Notes: a model not told the origin generated them from the sequence alone. A stretch of 64,000 bases of DNA from Dendrobates tinctorius (GCF_039654945.1 NW_027361716.1:14074001-14138000), one strand, 5' to 3'. Shown: positions 11,954 to 27,939, counted from the stretch's first letter. A program made the numbers and translations.

Positions 11954-12490
11954 TGTGATGGTAAGGATAGGCTTGGGCCATTAAGTTAGCCATCAGGTGC
12001 CTTTCCAGGGCAGTACCTGGACCTGCAGCAGCTGACCAGCATGTCAAAGCAGAAACATGAGACACAAAGGGCGAAAACAGAGACGTGGTCAGTAAGTCCA
12101 AGGTCAGGGCAGGCAGCACAGGTTCAAAGTAAAAAAGCCGTAGTCAGGAGCGGATCGATCAGTCAAAACGAGTAAATAAGCTTGGTCAGTAACAGGAGAG
12201 ACGAAACAGGAAAGCACCTAGACAGGTAACTAGAGAAGTACTGCAAAAAGAACCTAATCACAGGCAAGGTGTGGGAGGAACTGCCTTATATATCCTCTGC
12301 TGGCAGGGGAAGCAAAACTCTGTAGCGCACAGGGGTTTTAAATTCCTGCAGACTCTGGCCGTGCCTCCATATAGCCGGGTGGAGACTCGTCAGCAACAGG
12401 AGGATGTAGCAGTGCTGATGCAGCTCTGCGAGATTGTTTGACACAGGGAGGAGCAGAGCGGTACACACAGTGAGTAGGATGGCGGTTACA
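11954..12490. mobile_element. Probable solo LTR
   Basis: TGTGA...TTACA termini with near-TSD AAGCA/AACCA; sits inside the old Tc1 remnant. Confidence 0.5.
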
Positions 12491-14989
12491 AACCATGCAT
12501 GTCACCGGCATGACAATCATTATGGTGATACTGGGTCTTATGAGGACTTTTCCCAAGAAAGGAAGACTAAGAATTACTTCTACTGCAGAGGATAAGTTCA
12601 TCATAGTTACCAGCCTCAGTAAATACAAATATATAGCACCTCAGATAACAGCCCTCACAAAAGATGTACAGCTAACAAGTAGCCAGACACATCTCAACAT
12701 CAACTCTCCTGAGGAGCGAGTGAGAAGCAGTCTTTATGGTCGAATTACTTAATTGAAGACCCTACTGAGGATCTCAAACATAATGAAGAGACTTGTCTGA
12801 GACACGCAAAATAAAGACTGGATATTCAATTACTGGAAATTTGTACTTTGGTCTGATGAGTTTAAATGTGACATTTTTTGTATCAACCGCCATGTCTTTG
12901 TGAGATGCAGAAAAGGTGAGCAAATGGTTTCTACATGTGTGTTGCCATTAGGAAGCAAGGAGCGGGAAGTGTGATGGTGTGGGGGTGCTTAACTTGTGGC
13001 ATTGTCGCTAATTTATTCCAGATTTAAGGCACACATTATTATTTACAGAGCATTGCAATTAATTACAGTGCTGGGCTACCTACAAATTCAATAACAACAT
13101 GCTATCCCATGTGGTTTGTACTTAGCGGGACGATCATGACCCAAAACTCACTTGCAGGCTATTTAAGGGCTATGTGACCAAGAAGGAGAGTGATTGAGTG
13201 CTGTGTCAGAGAAGGAGAGTGATGCAGTGCTGTGTCAGATGACATGGCCTCCAAAATTATCCAGTCTTAGCCCAATTGAGGTGGCTTGGGATGAGTTGGA
13301 CCACAGAGTGAAGGCAAAGCAGCCAACAAGTGCCCAGCACCTTTGGCAATTTCTTTAAGACTGTTGGAAATCCATTCCAGGTGACTACATGATGAAGCTT
13401 CTTGAGAGAAAGCAAAACCTTTCATCAGAATAATAGGGTGATACTTTGAGGAATCTAAATTTACAAATATTCTGGTTAGTTTCACAAATTTTTCTTTACT
13501 CCTTGTTTCCATACGTGTTCCTTTGTGGTTTTACAGTCTTCAGTCCGAATCTACAATGTGCACTTTCTAATGCAGGACCATTTAAATTGTTAAGCAGCAG
13601 TTATCAGAGTTTATGCAAGTTGCTGCTGTTACAGGCAGATGTGCTGGGTATGGTGCGGGACCCAGCTTGTAAGCATGCGCTTAATACATGCCGACTGGAC
13701 GTAGGGCATACTATTACATCTTACGTCGGGAAGGAGTTGATAATAATAGTAATTCTGTACCTCATTGGGTTATTGTGAAAGTTCTGCTTCATGTTCGTGT
13801 TCACCCTTTGTTTTTAATTGGTATGTCTGCTGTGAGGTAGCGCTGTCATTCACATAGGGGATCACTCGCTTGGCAGCCAAATTATCACGTCCGGCACAGG
13901 TTTTACACAAAATCCTAACTCCATGCGGTTTATTATGCAGCATAAACCAAGGCAAGCAACATAAAGTTCATATACACAGCGTAGCGTCCATGACAGAGTT
14001 TCCCTCTGTAAACCCTGTGGTCACACAGGGTGTGCAATGTCCAGCACACAGGCTCTCTTAGCCTCAGTTATAACCCCTCAGGATTACCTCACGGCTGCTT
14101 CTCCAGACTGCAGACATTCATTCCCTCTCCTGGGAACTCTCAGATGCTGGCAGCTATTACACACAGCCACTTCACATGCTGTTAGCCAGGAAGCCCCATC
14201 TCAGCGGGACCTTCCACACTGGACCAACCGGGTCCCAGCATTCACAACATGTGAACTACCCTGGCCACCTTATACGGTCCGTAGCCATGCCCACCGGGCT
14301 ATGACCTCATCACAGGTCCTTGAACCTATTCACACACTTTTATCACAACATTCTCAAACGCACCCCCTGGGTGGGTTTGTAGGTAACTAGGCTCGCCCGT
14401 CTCGCAAGTTACCTGGCGACTTCTCCCTGACAGAATGAAACAACACCTCAGCAATATCATTGCTGATCAACACACACACACATAAGTCTCCATCTCAAGG
14501 ACACCCACCTTGAGATACATAACGGTCCTTCATGATTCTGCCACTCATCCTCTCTTTTGGGACATCCACACAGCTCCCCCTAGCAGACACAGTGGTCACT
14601 ACACCACACTGCACTCTGTTTTTTCCCCTGACTTTAATTCCATGTATCATACTTCAAATGACTGTATGCAAATTGATATACCCATGCTCCTCACACCTTC
14701 CATCCTTCGATCTTATCCCACCTCTTTCTTCAACTTTGATGCTAGTCAAATGTCCCATTAACTGCAATCTGTTAATTGCTCCCTGCTGTGAACCATCCTC
14801 CAGCCCTCTTCTCCTCCTCCCTCACTCACCTGGCTTCATTTCATGGACATTTGAATGGTATAAGTGTGAACAGAGCAGGTCAGATATGACCTTGGTCAGA
14901 TGTGACATCATCTGAAGTGACATATTTAAAGTGATACATGAGAAATATACCAGAAATAGTCCAGAAATCGGTCAGACGGTAAGATTAAC

Positions 14990-17900
14990 CACTGCTTTCT
15001 TACTTTACTTGCTTTTTTTTCCTCTGCTCTTTAACCATGCTCACATTTGCCCTCACCATTTTTGCTCCACTAATCTAAACTCTCCTTCGCTATCCCCAAA
15101 CCTCTGCACCCTCGAACCAAATAACTATCTCCCCCTCTCTCTTACCCCCCCACCTCGCTTTATCTGCAGATATACTCCTTAACCTCAGACCTCTCCTACT
15201 AAAATACAATACAAGACGATCACTGTCCTTCACCCACCTGCTTTCCCTTTCTCTGCTTCTTCTCACTGCTGGTGACATATCCCCCAATCCTGGCCCCCCT
15301 TGCCTCATACATCTCACTAATCCTCACCTCTATCTTTCGCACACTAAGACAAACTACCGCAATCCCTCACACTTAAAACCTGTGCCACTGACCCCCTCCC
15401 TCCCGCACCCTCTTTCTGGAGCATTTTGGAATGCTTGCTCCATCTGCAACAAGCTCCACGTGATCCATGACCTCTCTACCTCCCGCAACCTTTCCTTCCT
15501 GGCCCTCACTGAGACCTGGCTGACACCCCCTGACACGGCCTCACTGAGTTATGGCGGCCTCCACTTTACCCACACTCCTCGCCCTGGCAACAGACAAGGT
15601 GGAGGAGTGGGTTTCCTCCTTTCTAAAAACTGCTCCTTCAACCCTATCCAACCCCCACCCTCCCTTATCCTCCATTCTTTCGAGGCTCACTCTGTCCGTA
15701 TTTACTCTCCCTCTAATCTCCAAATGGCTGTCATATACCGACCACCGGGCTCAGCCACTGCCTTCATCGACCAATTCTCCACCTGGCTCCTCCACTTTCT
15801 CTCTGCTGTCATCCCCACCATCATCATGGGGGACTTCAACATCCCCATTGACACCCACCAGCCAGCAGCCTCCAAACTCCTGTCACTTACCTCATCCTTT
15901 GGACTTACTCAGTAGTCCTCCACAGCCACCCACACAGATGGACATACATTAGACCTCATCTTCACCCGCCTCTGTTCCCTTTCTAATCTCACAACCTCTC
16001 CCTTCCCCCTATCTGACCACCATCTACTCACCTTCTCATCCTTGTCCTTCTCACGTGCCCCCCATGTCCAGCCACTAGCTCATCCTCGCAGAAACCTCGC
16101 ACACCTCCACAGACTCTCAGACTCTCTTCTACCTCTGTCCTTCATATCTTCACTCCACAACACGCACAGTGCCACCGCTTTCTACAACGCCACCCTCACA
16201 TCAGCCATAGACTCAGTCGCTCCTCTCATGCATGGCAAAGGGCGACAAACCAATAGGCAACCATGGCAAAAAAACCTCACCAAAAAACTTCGACAAGCAT
16301 CCAGGGTCGCAGAGCAGCATTGGAAGAAAACACGCCTGCCAGACGACTTCACTGTTTTCAAACAAGCTACACTTGCCTTTAAATCAACCCTCACCTCTGC
16401 TAAACAGACCTATTTCACAAACCTTGTCTCTTCCTTATCCCACAACCCAAAACAACTGTTCAGCACATTCAACTCTCTCCTCCGCCCACCACTGCCACCT
16501 CCAACTCCCCTCATCTCTGCTGAGGACTTTGCCACGTACTTCAAAAACAAGATTGACCAAACAAGGCAAACCTTTACAGTTCCACCACCCTAATCACTCC
16601 ACATACCAGACCTCTGCCCTTCCTTAATAACCTCCCTCTCCAACATCACTGAAGGAGAGCTTACTCATCTCCTTTCCAAATCACTCCTCACCACCTGTGC
16701 ACTTGACCCCATCTCTTCCCACCTCCTCCCCAACCTCACTAACATGATCATTCCTGCCCTAACCCAACTCTTCAACCCTTCAAATATGCCACCATAACAC
16801 CCATCCTCAAAAAATCAATCCTTGACCCAACTGCTATGCCCAGCTATCTCCCCATATCACTGCTCCCGTATGCTTCCAAACTCCTTGAACAGTATGGCCT
16901 TGCTCAACTTTCCTCCCACCACTCATGTAACTCCCTCCTTGACATCCTGCAATCTGGATTCCGCCCCCACCACTCCACTGAAACTGCCCTGACCAAAATT
17001 ACTAATGACTTACAGCCAAAGCTAACAGACAGTTCTCCTCCTTCTTGACCTGTCCTCTGCCTTTTACACAGTTGACCACTGCCTTCTGCTACAGATTCTT
17101 TCTTCCCTTGGCATCAAAGACCTTGCCCTGTCCTGGATTTCCTCATACCTTTCTGACCGCATATTCAGCATTTCCCACTCCCACACTACCTCCTCATCCC
17201 ACCCCCTCTCTGTTGGAGTCCCCCAAGGCTCTGTCCTGGGACCCCTACTTTTTTCCATCTATACTCTTGGCCTAGGACAACTCATAAAGTCCCATGGCTT
17301 CCAGTACCACCTGTATGCAGATGACACTCAGATCTACCTCTCTGGCCCAGATGTCACCTCTCTGCTGTCCAGAATCCCGTAGTGTCTATCAGCCATATCC
17401 TCCCGCTTCCTAAAACTCAACGTAGACAAAACTGAACTCATTATCTTTCCTTCATCTCACGTATCTTCCCTACCCGATCTATCTATTATGGTAAACGGCA
17501 TCACGCTCTCTCCCGCACCTGAAATCCGCTGCCTCGGAGTAACTCTCGACTCTGCCCTGTCCTTCAAACCACACGTCCAATCTCTTGCCACCTCCTGTCG
17601 CCTCCAACTCAAAAATATTTCCAGAATCCGTCTCTTCCTCAGTCCTCAATCTACTAAAACTCTTGTACATGTCCTCATCATCTCCCGCCTTGACTACCGC
17701 TACACTCTCCTCGGTGGCCTCCCTGCTAACTCTCTTGCACCACTCTAGTCTGTCCTCAATTCTGCTGCCCGACTAATCCACCTCTTTCCTCGCTACTCCC
17801 CTGTCTCCCCCCTCTGCAAATCCCTCCATTGGCTCCCAATTCCCAAACGAATCCAGTTCCAACTACTAACACTGACCTACAAAGCCATCCACAACCTTTC

Positions 17901-18388
17901 CTCTCCCTATATCTCTGAACTAATCTCCCAATATCTTCCCTCACGTAATCTTCGATCCTCCCAAGACCTCCAACTCTCCTCCACACTTATTCGTTCCGCA
18001 CACAACCGCCTCCAAGATTTCTCCCGAATATCCCCTATCCTCTGGAATACCATGCCTCAACACGTCCGATTATCCACCACCCTCGGATCCTTCAAACGGA
18101 ACCTGAAAACCCATCTTTTCAGGAAAGCTTACAGCCTGCAATGACCATTCTGCCGCCTCACCACCGCCTGAGCTGCTGTCTCATCACCACCAGAGCTGCT
18201 GCACCCCCGACCTTCTGTCTCTTCCCCACTATCCCGTAGAATGTAAGTCCGCAAGGACAGGGTCCCCTCCCCTCTGTACCAGTCTGTCATTGTAAATTTG
18301 TTTACTGTTAGCGATATCTATAACTTTGTATGTAATCCCCCTTCTCATGTACAGCACCATGGAATTAATGGCGCTATATAAATAAATA
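14990..18388 (+). mobile_element. L2-clade LINE, decayed ORF2 (APE endonuclease + reverse transcriptase)
   Basis: EN motifs LALTETWL, GGGVG, VIYRPPG, IMGDFN and SDHH; RT motifs [24 protein letters not shown] and [12 protein letters not shown]; several stops and frameshifts. 3' end TGTACAGCACCATGGAATTAATGGCGCTATATAAATAAA. The 5' boundary is approximate. Confidence 0.92.
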
Positions 18389-20024
<1,636 letters not shown>

Positions 20025-20139
20025 TAATATTAATAATGATGTTCGTGTCAGTGCAGAGGAGGAAGCCTGTCCAAGAAAAGCCTCACAGTTGCAAGATGTA
20101 ATATTTCCCCACCCCTCACGCCAGCACTTGGGTGATATG

Positions 20140-21302
20140 TGTCATGATCCAGCGTGGATCTGACAGTTTAAATGGACAAAGTGAACTTTTTTTCCTTTGG
20201 CTTGGTGCCAAAGTGGGTTGATTGCCCCCGGTGGCCATTAGAATTATTACACGTGGTGTTTCATTCTGAGTTGCCCGGTGGTGGTGAGTGGTATCGCACC
20301 TTAGTTTTAGGGTTAATGTGCACGCAATTACAAATCAGGTGTTAGGCTCTATAAAAGGGAGCCAGATGGGTTCAATCACTGTTGGTGATATTGATTGTGT
20401 GTTAGTCATTCACAAGGAAGCCTGGGTGAATGAAAGAGCTGAACATGAGTCCTGCGCAGCCCAGCCAGAGGGGACGAGTGGCAGCTAGGTGGTCTGCAAG
20501 AAGGGCTGGCATGGTGTGGTGGAGTCACAGTTTATGTTGTTGGCAGGCAGTGCTTGCATGGCTTGGTGGAGTGACGACTATGGAAAGAGTTGCACTCAGC
20601 ATGCGGGACTTGGTTGCTGAGAGCTGGACTCAAGCATGCTTGACTTTTTGGGCAGGAGCTGAACTCATCTTTGGGACTCTGTTACTGGACTTCTGCAATT
20701 GGTGGTGGACTCTGCTCCAAGGCTGCACTATGGTGAAGGATCCAGTTATGGTGATGGATCCGGGTGGAGGAGAAGATGCACACAGGTGGTGGGCTCTGTT
20801 GCTAGGAGCGTACACAACAGAGCAAAGCTAAGTGGTGTTTTCCCTGTTTTGTCATCTTTCCTCATGTGTGTTTTAGTGCAGTGGTGGGATTAGTTTCCTC
20901 ACCAACCAATTCCCTAGTGAGGGTTTAGGTCAGGACGAGCTAGGGTTTTTAGGTTCCTGTTGCGCGCCTGATGCGGAACCGGCATAGGGAACGTTAGGAG
21001 TGTAGGGACATTGGCTCAGGGGAGCTCAGGAGGTCTCCACTTCCCTATTCCCTATCGCAGGGCCCACCATTGTTAATGTTTCCCAGGTTTCCCTTATTGT
21101 TTAAATTCGCCTTACTGGAGGCGGGGTTTCCAGATGTGTATATACGTGTAATGTCTAAATTTGCCAGTTGGAGGCGGTGTATCCAGCTGCACGTGTTTAT
21201 TATTTAAATTCGCCCCACTGGAGGCGGTGTATCCAGGGTCACGTGCGTCACATGGGTTCGCCTTGCGGTACTCGCTGCATGCAGACACACGTGACCGTGA
21301 CA
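20140..21302 (+). mobile_element. Solo LTR (Gypsy-like)
   Basis: TGTCA...TGACA termini with an exact 5-bp TSD ATATG; TATAAAA at about 20350. Confidence 0.85.
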
Positions 21303-21811
21303 ATATGACCGTATTGCTGTAGCGTTGTCATTCTCTCTTCAGTCACTGCTAATTTGTAATGTTTCTGCTGTTGTTGCATAAGGCCATGTTCAACTTGCAG
21401 ATTTATTGTCTCTATCTTTGCCAGATCTTCTATGAAGTCGTACTCGGGTCACTGCCATTCATCAAGAGTGTCGATCACAAGGAAGGCAGTTTCCTCTGCT
21501 TATTATTTTACAGCAAATAACAGAAAACAAACACTATCTTATACTATCTTATAATACGGTAACACCTTTTTTTAGGCAGGTTCAGACTCATTATCTAATG
21601 TATGCACGCCCACTCAACACGCCTGATGGCACTAATAACATCTGGGTGGCAGATCATGTTGAGAGAAAGAAATGTTATAAAAGTGAAACCAAGGAACTAG
21701 CTGATCATTGGCATATATGCATGTCTCAATAAGTGTTGAGTTTGTTTTTTAATTATTTTTTGGTCTTTTTAAAGGAATAATAAATACATAATTTCATATA
21801 TACAAAAAATG

Positions 21812-23306
21812 CACTGCTCAAAAAAAATAAAGGGAACAATTAAACAACAGAATATAACTCCAAGTAAATCAAACTTCTGTGTCATCAAACTGTAAATCAA
21901 ATTAAATCAAACTGTCCACTTAGGAAGCAACACTGATTGACAATCAATTTCACATGCTGTTGTGCAAATGGAATAGTCAACAGATGGAAATTATTGGCAA
22001 TTATCAAGACACACTCAATAAAGGAGTGGTTCTGCAGGTGGGGACCACAGACCACATCTCAGTACCAATGCTTTCTGGCTGATGTTTTGGTCACTTTTGA
22101 ATGTTGGTTGTGCTTTCACATTCGTGGTAGCATGAGACGGTCTCTACAACCCACACAATTGGCTCAGGTAGTGCAGCTCATCCAGGATGGCACATCAATG
22201 CTAGCTTTGGCAAGAAGGTTTGCTGTGTCTGTCAGTGTAGTGTCCAGAGGCTGGGGGCGCTACCAGGAGACAAGCCAGTACACCAGGAGATGTGGAGGGG
22301 GCCGTAGGAGAGCAACACCCAGCAGCAGAATCCGACTCCATGAGGATGGTCTGAGTGCCTGACGTCCACAGATGGGGTTTGTACTCACCGCTCAACACCG
22401 TGCAGGACGCTTGGCATTTGCCACAGAACACCAGGATTGGCAAATTCGCCACTGGCACTCTGCGCTCTTCACAGATGAAAGCAGGTTCACACTGAGCACA
22501 TGTGACAGACGTGGCAGAGTCTGGAGATGCCGTGGAGAGCGATGTGCTGCCTGCAACATGCTTCAGCATGACCGGTTTGGCAGTGGGTCAGTAATGGTGT
22601 GGGGTGGTATTTCTTTGGAGGGCCGCACAGCCCTCCATGTGCTCGCCAGAGGTAGCCTGACTGCCATTAGGTACCCGAGATGAGATCCCCAGACCCCTTG
22701 TGAGACCATATGCTGGTGTGGTTGGCCCTGGGTTCCTCCTAATGCAAGACAATGCCAGACCTCATGTGGCTGAAGTGTGTCAGCAGTTCCTGCAAGATGA
22801 AGGCATTGAAGCTATGGACTGGCCCGCCCGTTCCCCAGACCTGAATCTGATTGAGCACATCTGGGACATCATGTCTCACTCCATCCACCAATGTCACATT
22901 GCACCACAGACTGTCCAGGAGTTGGCGGATGCTTTAGTCCAGGTCTTGGAAGAGATATCTCAGGAGAACATCTGCCGCCTCATCAGGACCATGGCCAGGC
23001 ATTGTAGGGAGGTCATACAGGCACATGGAGGCCACACACACTACTGAGCATCATTTCCTCGTCTTGAGGCATTTCCACTAAAGTTGGATCAATGGATCAA
23101 TCTGTAATTTGATTTTCCACTTTGATTTTGAGTATCATTCCAAATCTAGACCTTCATGGGATATTAATTTGGATTTACATTGATCATTTTTATGATTTAT
23201 TGTTCTCAATGCATGCCACTATGTAAAAGATTTGCAACTGGAATATTTCATTCAGAGATATCTAGGATGTGGTATTTTAGTGTTCCCTTTATTTTTTTGA
23301 GCAGTG
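21812..23306 (+). mobile_element. Tc1-like transposon, second family, decayed DD34E transposase
   Basis: TIRs CACTGCTCAAAAAAAATAAAGGGAACA / TGTTCCCTTTATTTTTTTGAGCAGTG. Fragmented ORF at 22132-23047 with FTDESRF, GSVMVWGGI, QDNARPH and SPDLNLIE. Confidence 0.93.
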
Positions 23307-25844
23307 TATATATAATATTCAAGTCATTGGATCCCATCGCTGTCCAAGGTCACAAGTAAAAGTCTTGCCACGGACATAGGATGAAGCTGGCTGCAGACAT
23401 AGGATATCTTCTAGATATGGGATGAAGCTGTCTTTAGTTATAGGAATGCAGCAATGCTAGTTCTCACCATGCTACCTATCCAGTACACAAAAGTAACTCC
23501 AGTTTCCACAGTCCTGTTCCATTTCCCTTGTTTGTTAATGTTACCGTGACTTTGGAGGTGGATGACTTGGGTATGGAATGAGGATTATGAACTAGAGAAG
23601 AATGGAAAACCTTAGCATGGGACTTCCATGTCATGTTCACGTGAAATTCCTTCATGTTGCACACCTTCTGTGTTTTTCTCTGCACAAAAGATGGGATCAT
23701 TGGACCATAGAATGAAGTGTAGGACCTCGAATTTCTATTAGTTCTATATGATCTTTTTCAGTTTAGTGAGAGTTAAGCCAGGTAAAATGTAGTTAATGAG
23801 GTGTAATTTTTCTGCAACCATTGTGGTAGTGACATTGTTGCTCAGTTTCAGTGTTGATCCTAAAGTTCTCCTAAATGTAGTTTTTTCATATCTAAGTATC
23901 TGGAGTACAACTAAGTCCTACAGGGGACTAGAATAAAAGTTTTGAAAACAAGCCACTTAAGAGATGAAACTTTGTCTAACCTTCAGCCCTGTGAGCACTT
24001 AGGCCCGATTTATCAAGACAGGCGATGTTTCTCATCAGTCTTGACGAGGGGACATTTAGGAGTCAGATGCTCGTGATTCATTAAGAGGAGCACACTTTTC
24101 CATAAATCCGGAGCGTCTAACTATTTCTTAAAAGATGTCACCATTTGGCAAGGCTTGATCTTCCCTTCAGACCTTGTCAATGCTGGTGGGACCACCAGGA
24201 GGTAGTTATTCTCTTTTGTAGGAGAAATAGAAAGTGCGGGTAAAGATTTTCTAAAATGCTGGAAAATTTTGTTGTGCAATAATTCGGCTTTCTTGTTCCC
24301 AGAATTGTCTAACATGTTTTACCGCTGGCATTTATAAACCATTTTTGTAGGATAAATTAAATGCTCTTATGAGGACATCGGGATAGCTGACCTTCAGTGT
24401 TCATTGATATAATATGGAGAGCAAGATTTAGGGAAGAATCTGCGCATTGACAGTGACCTTCCTGGAGATTATACCTGAAGCGGACGACACATAGAAAAAG
24501 GAAAAAAAATCCTAATAACATAACAGAATGATGTTGGGGCTACACAGCGGCTTTTGTCCACAACACAGGTCAAGTGGCCAAAGATCGCTGTATACCGCTG
24601 CTTCAGTGCAGCATAGTGACCTGCAAGGGGAACAAGGAAAATGTTGGTGGTTATTGGAATTTTTGGAACTTATTTGTCGCGATAGTGATGCCTTACAGGT
24701 CACTGGCATCCCATTCACTTTTTAACGTGCCGTGATGCAGCGAACTTTGGATTTGTGACCTGTGTCTCGTCCAAAATCTTACCCCCCCAAATTACTGGAG
24801 TCAGCACCAATCTGTTCTCTGTAGCTCGGCTATAGTCGAAAGTCAATTTCTTACAACTCGACCCAACAATGTCTTATCAACAGCTTGAAAAAGTCAGACC
24901 ACAATATATCACAAAATAATGAATGATGATAAATTGGAAAATGTGTTCCTATTATTTTACGTTTTAATTGAGCTGCGCAAATTCTCTGCTAGCCGTATTA
25001 TATATTAGCGCCACATATCAAAAGCTAGTAAGGCAGGCAAAAGGCGCTGGCACGAGTCGCTGCGTAGACCTTTTAAAGCCACCCAGGCTTTGTACTCCAA
25101 TAAAAACCAATCCAGCAGTCTTCCAAATCATGTGAAATATTAAAAGTCCTTGTAACGTTCCTGCTGCTCTCACCTTACAGCCGCACGTTAACTAATGATA
25201 GCAAAGACAAGTGTTTTCTGATTTCAAAATTAAACTGATGGTCTTAAAAGCAATTTTTATGTGCAATTAATAAAAATGTATAAATTATTAATTTGGGAGA
25301 GGCACATCAATAATGGATGGCGAGCGGTAAGCACACATCAGGGACTGGGAAGTTATTTTAGCAGTAAGTGCCTGTCTGCCTTGCTCGCGCACGGGCTAAG
25401 CTACATGTTCCAGGTCTTTTATATCTGCAGAGTGCTGGGTAATTTGCCCACACCAGGAACATAGCAATGGTTTCTGCGTAATGGACCTGCAAGAGTTTGT
25501 TAAAATAGCTGATGTGTCATGGAACATTTTCTGCCAGCTAAAAGATTACCTTTGTTCCCGAGTAAGAGAGGTTCTACCATTCACAGGTCTCCTATGCTGA
25601 CATAACCCATGGACATGAGCGGTATTTTTACTTAATGCACATTATATTAATTATTATATTGTAATGTTTTTAGATTTAGGTTTTTGTATTTCGGTATTTT
25701 TTGCTAACCCTTGTGAGAGCATCATGATGTAGTGGCAGAAACAATGATTCTAGCATAGCAATATCTCTTACTGGGCTGCTTGCTATATTTTCTATGAAAT
25801 CCCTGTTTTCTCTGCCGCATATCTGAATGCTGAGCTCTGTATAC

Positions 25845-26004
25845 GGCCGGGATCAGACTTGCGAGAAACTCGCACGAGTCTCGCACCTCAATACCCGGCA
25901 CTCGGACCAGAGCGTTCTGCTGCATAGAAACACATGCAGCCACACACTCCGGTCCCGAGTGCCAAGTATTGAGACGCGAGTTTCTCGCAAGTCTGACCCC
26001 GGCT
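25845..26004. mobile_element. Harbinger-type MITE
   Basis: Long inverted termini GCCGGGATCAGACTTGCGAGAAACTCGC / GCGAGTTTCTCGCAAGTCTGACCCCGGC. Confidence 0.7.
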
Positions 26005-26692
26005 TGACCCCACCAACAGCACGGATTCAGAGCTGTCTGGGTACGTTCTGCATAGGCAGAAAGCTGCCAATCAAAGGGGGTGGGATTATATAGAGTTCAT
26101 GAGTATGGAGCAAGTTTACTAGTCCTCTCTTGCTAATAACAGTGATTTTATGAAACTACAGCAAGCAGCCCAATAAGTTATATATTGCTGGAATCAGGGT
26201 CTTTGTCTATGCATCATGCTGCTTTCAGATTAGGTGGTAAAAACGTAGTGACAGATTTCATTTAAATTTCCATTTTGTGCCATATTACAATTTCCCCTAC
26301 AATATTTTAGAGTCTAGTGCTGTAGATGGTTTGGTCTCTAATGCATAATGCATATTTTGCCATATATCATATATAACTTATTTTTGAACAATTGGATTAA
26401 CAGTATTTTTGTTGTTAAAGTGACGTAAAATACATGACTTATTTAAAGCCAATATAAATCATGTTTTGTTTCGTTTCTTTCCCAGCAATCTACCAGTGTT
26501 CTATGGTAGAGTGTAAGGTTCTCTCTTCTTCATGTTGTGGCCTCCGCTCTTACATGAGGCTGCAGAGTGTGTGTTGTCTTATAGTCTTAATGTATTTCTG
26601 GCGGTTTTTCCGCTCATTGATAAGTCACAGATTGATTACACAAACAATAATTACATTCTTAGCACTGTGTACTTTCTTTGCTTGTTTTACAG

Positions 26693-26801
26693 AATAAAGC
26701 AATTATTGCACGAGTGAGAAACTTGTCCGATACGGTAGTTGGCCTTGAATCATTTATCGGCTCCGAGAGGGAATCCAATCCATTATACAAAGACTATCAT
26801 G
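26693..26801 (+). CDS. ELP4: Elongator complex protein 4, internal coding exon (human exon 8 equivalent), 109 bp
   Basis: Acceptor ttttacag, donor G|gtgagt. Encodes [36 protein letters not shown](G), matching ELP4 as I recall it ([37 protein letters not shown]). Ends in phase 1, compatible with the next exon. Confidence 0.95.
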
Positions 26802-27939
26802 GTGAGTTCAATTGTTTGGGGTTGTGGAACGACTGAGGAGCGTCTATGGATAACAGTAATATCAAATGCATGGCCCTTATTCACTTTTTAGCCAAATAAA
26901 GGCATTGAGAGCTTTAGATCATCATTTGCTTAGTTCAGAACTTGCTGTTTATTAAAGCAAAGCACAAGGTCGTAATATCCATACTATCATTTTGTCCCAG
27001 TGATTGTCCATTACTAGTCTGCAAGTGATTGAAACTTCAGATCTTCTCTTGTCACCACCAATTAAAAGGTGCTCTGTAGTCGAGACCTCAACTTGGCCGT
27101 AAATGTAAAGTTTGTCCGTGTATCTTAAAGGATAAAAAGCAAAGAGAATGTGGCATTGAGAAAAATGTCTTTGGAAGATGCAGGATCAAACCGCAAATAT
27201 CCAAATAATTTGTAGATTGTGATAGATTACAACAACCCTGATGAGCGATTGAAGAGAAGATTGGCTCTTGGTCAACGCTGCTGTCCACTTTGTTCGTTGA
27301 AGTAGTAATCGCTCTAGAAGAAGCTACAATCCTAATGGATGACACCTAGGAAAACGTATGAAGTCCAGATCATGCCGCCACCAAGAAGGACATTTCTAGT
27401 CAAGCATAGCTAAAAGGCATATTAGAGGTAAATTATATCACTTTTGGTTTCTTTGCCCAGAAGAGCCAAAAGTGTTGTCCTTTTCTAATACAATCTCCAC
27501 TAGCATTCCTTGACTGGATGCTCCATTTCTGTGGGATCACATTGGGGGCTTCCCATGCATTGGGATCGTTCTCTCTATGCTGGAGTGAATTCTTCTTTAC
27601 TGTAATAATGGTAACCAACGTACTGGAGGTGAGAACAGTGCAATGGGAAAATACCCAGGACAGCATTTAACCCGTGCTGAGTCTTGTTACAGTTTGTACT
27701 GATTAAATAAATAATTACTAATATAATAAAAAATGATACCTACTTGGGGTTACTTCTGTACAGTCAGCTCTAAATTAGTGTTGACCATAAACATGAATTT
27801 ACAGCTACCCAAGTTCTTATTTGGACGATTGCTCTACCCCATGACCCCCCCAATAAAAAGAGATATTGAATTCCAACATGATTGATGCTTATTTCTTCCA
27901 ACATCTGCCAATAAGGGCTGTGTAAGGGCACTATAGGCT

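Larger units (their letters stand above)
6114..13563 (+). mobile_element. Old Tc1-like element split by later insertions
   Basis: 5' end CAGTACCAGTCAAAAGATTGGGCACAC. Transposase remnants at about 12490-13430 (WKFVLWSDE, GSVMVWGC, WPP..S..PIEVAW). Sequence at 13440-13563 is inverted relative to 6175-6300. Confidence 0.65.

Noticed and set aside
23310-24500. Possible L1/Tx1 LINE remnants
   Set aside because: Only faint motif hints, too decayed to support boundaries or a family call.
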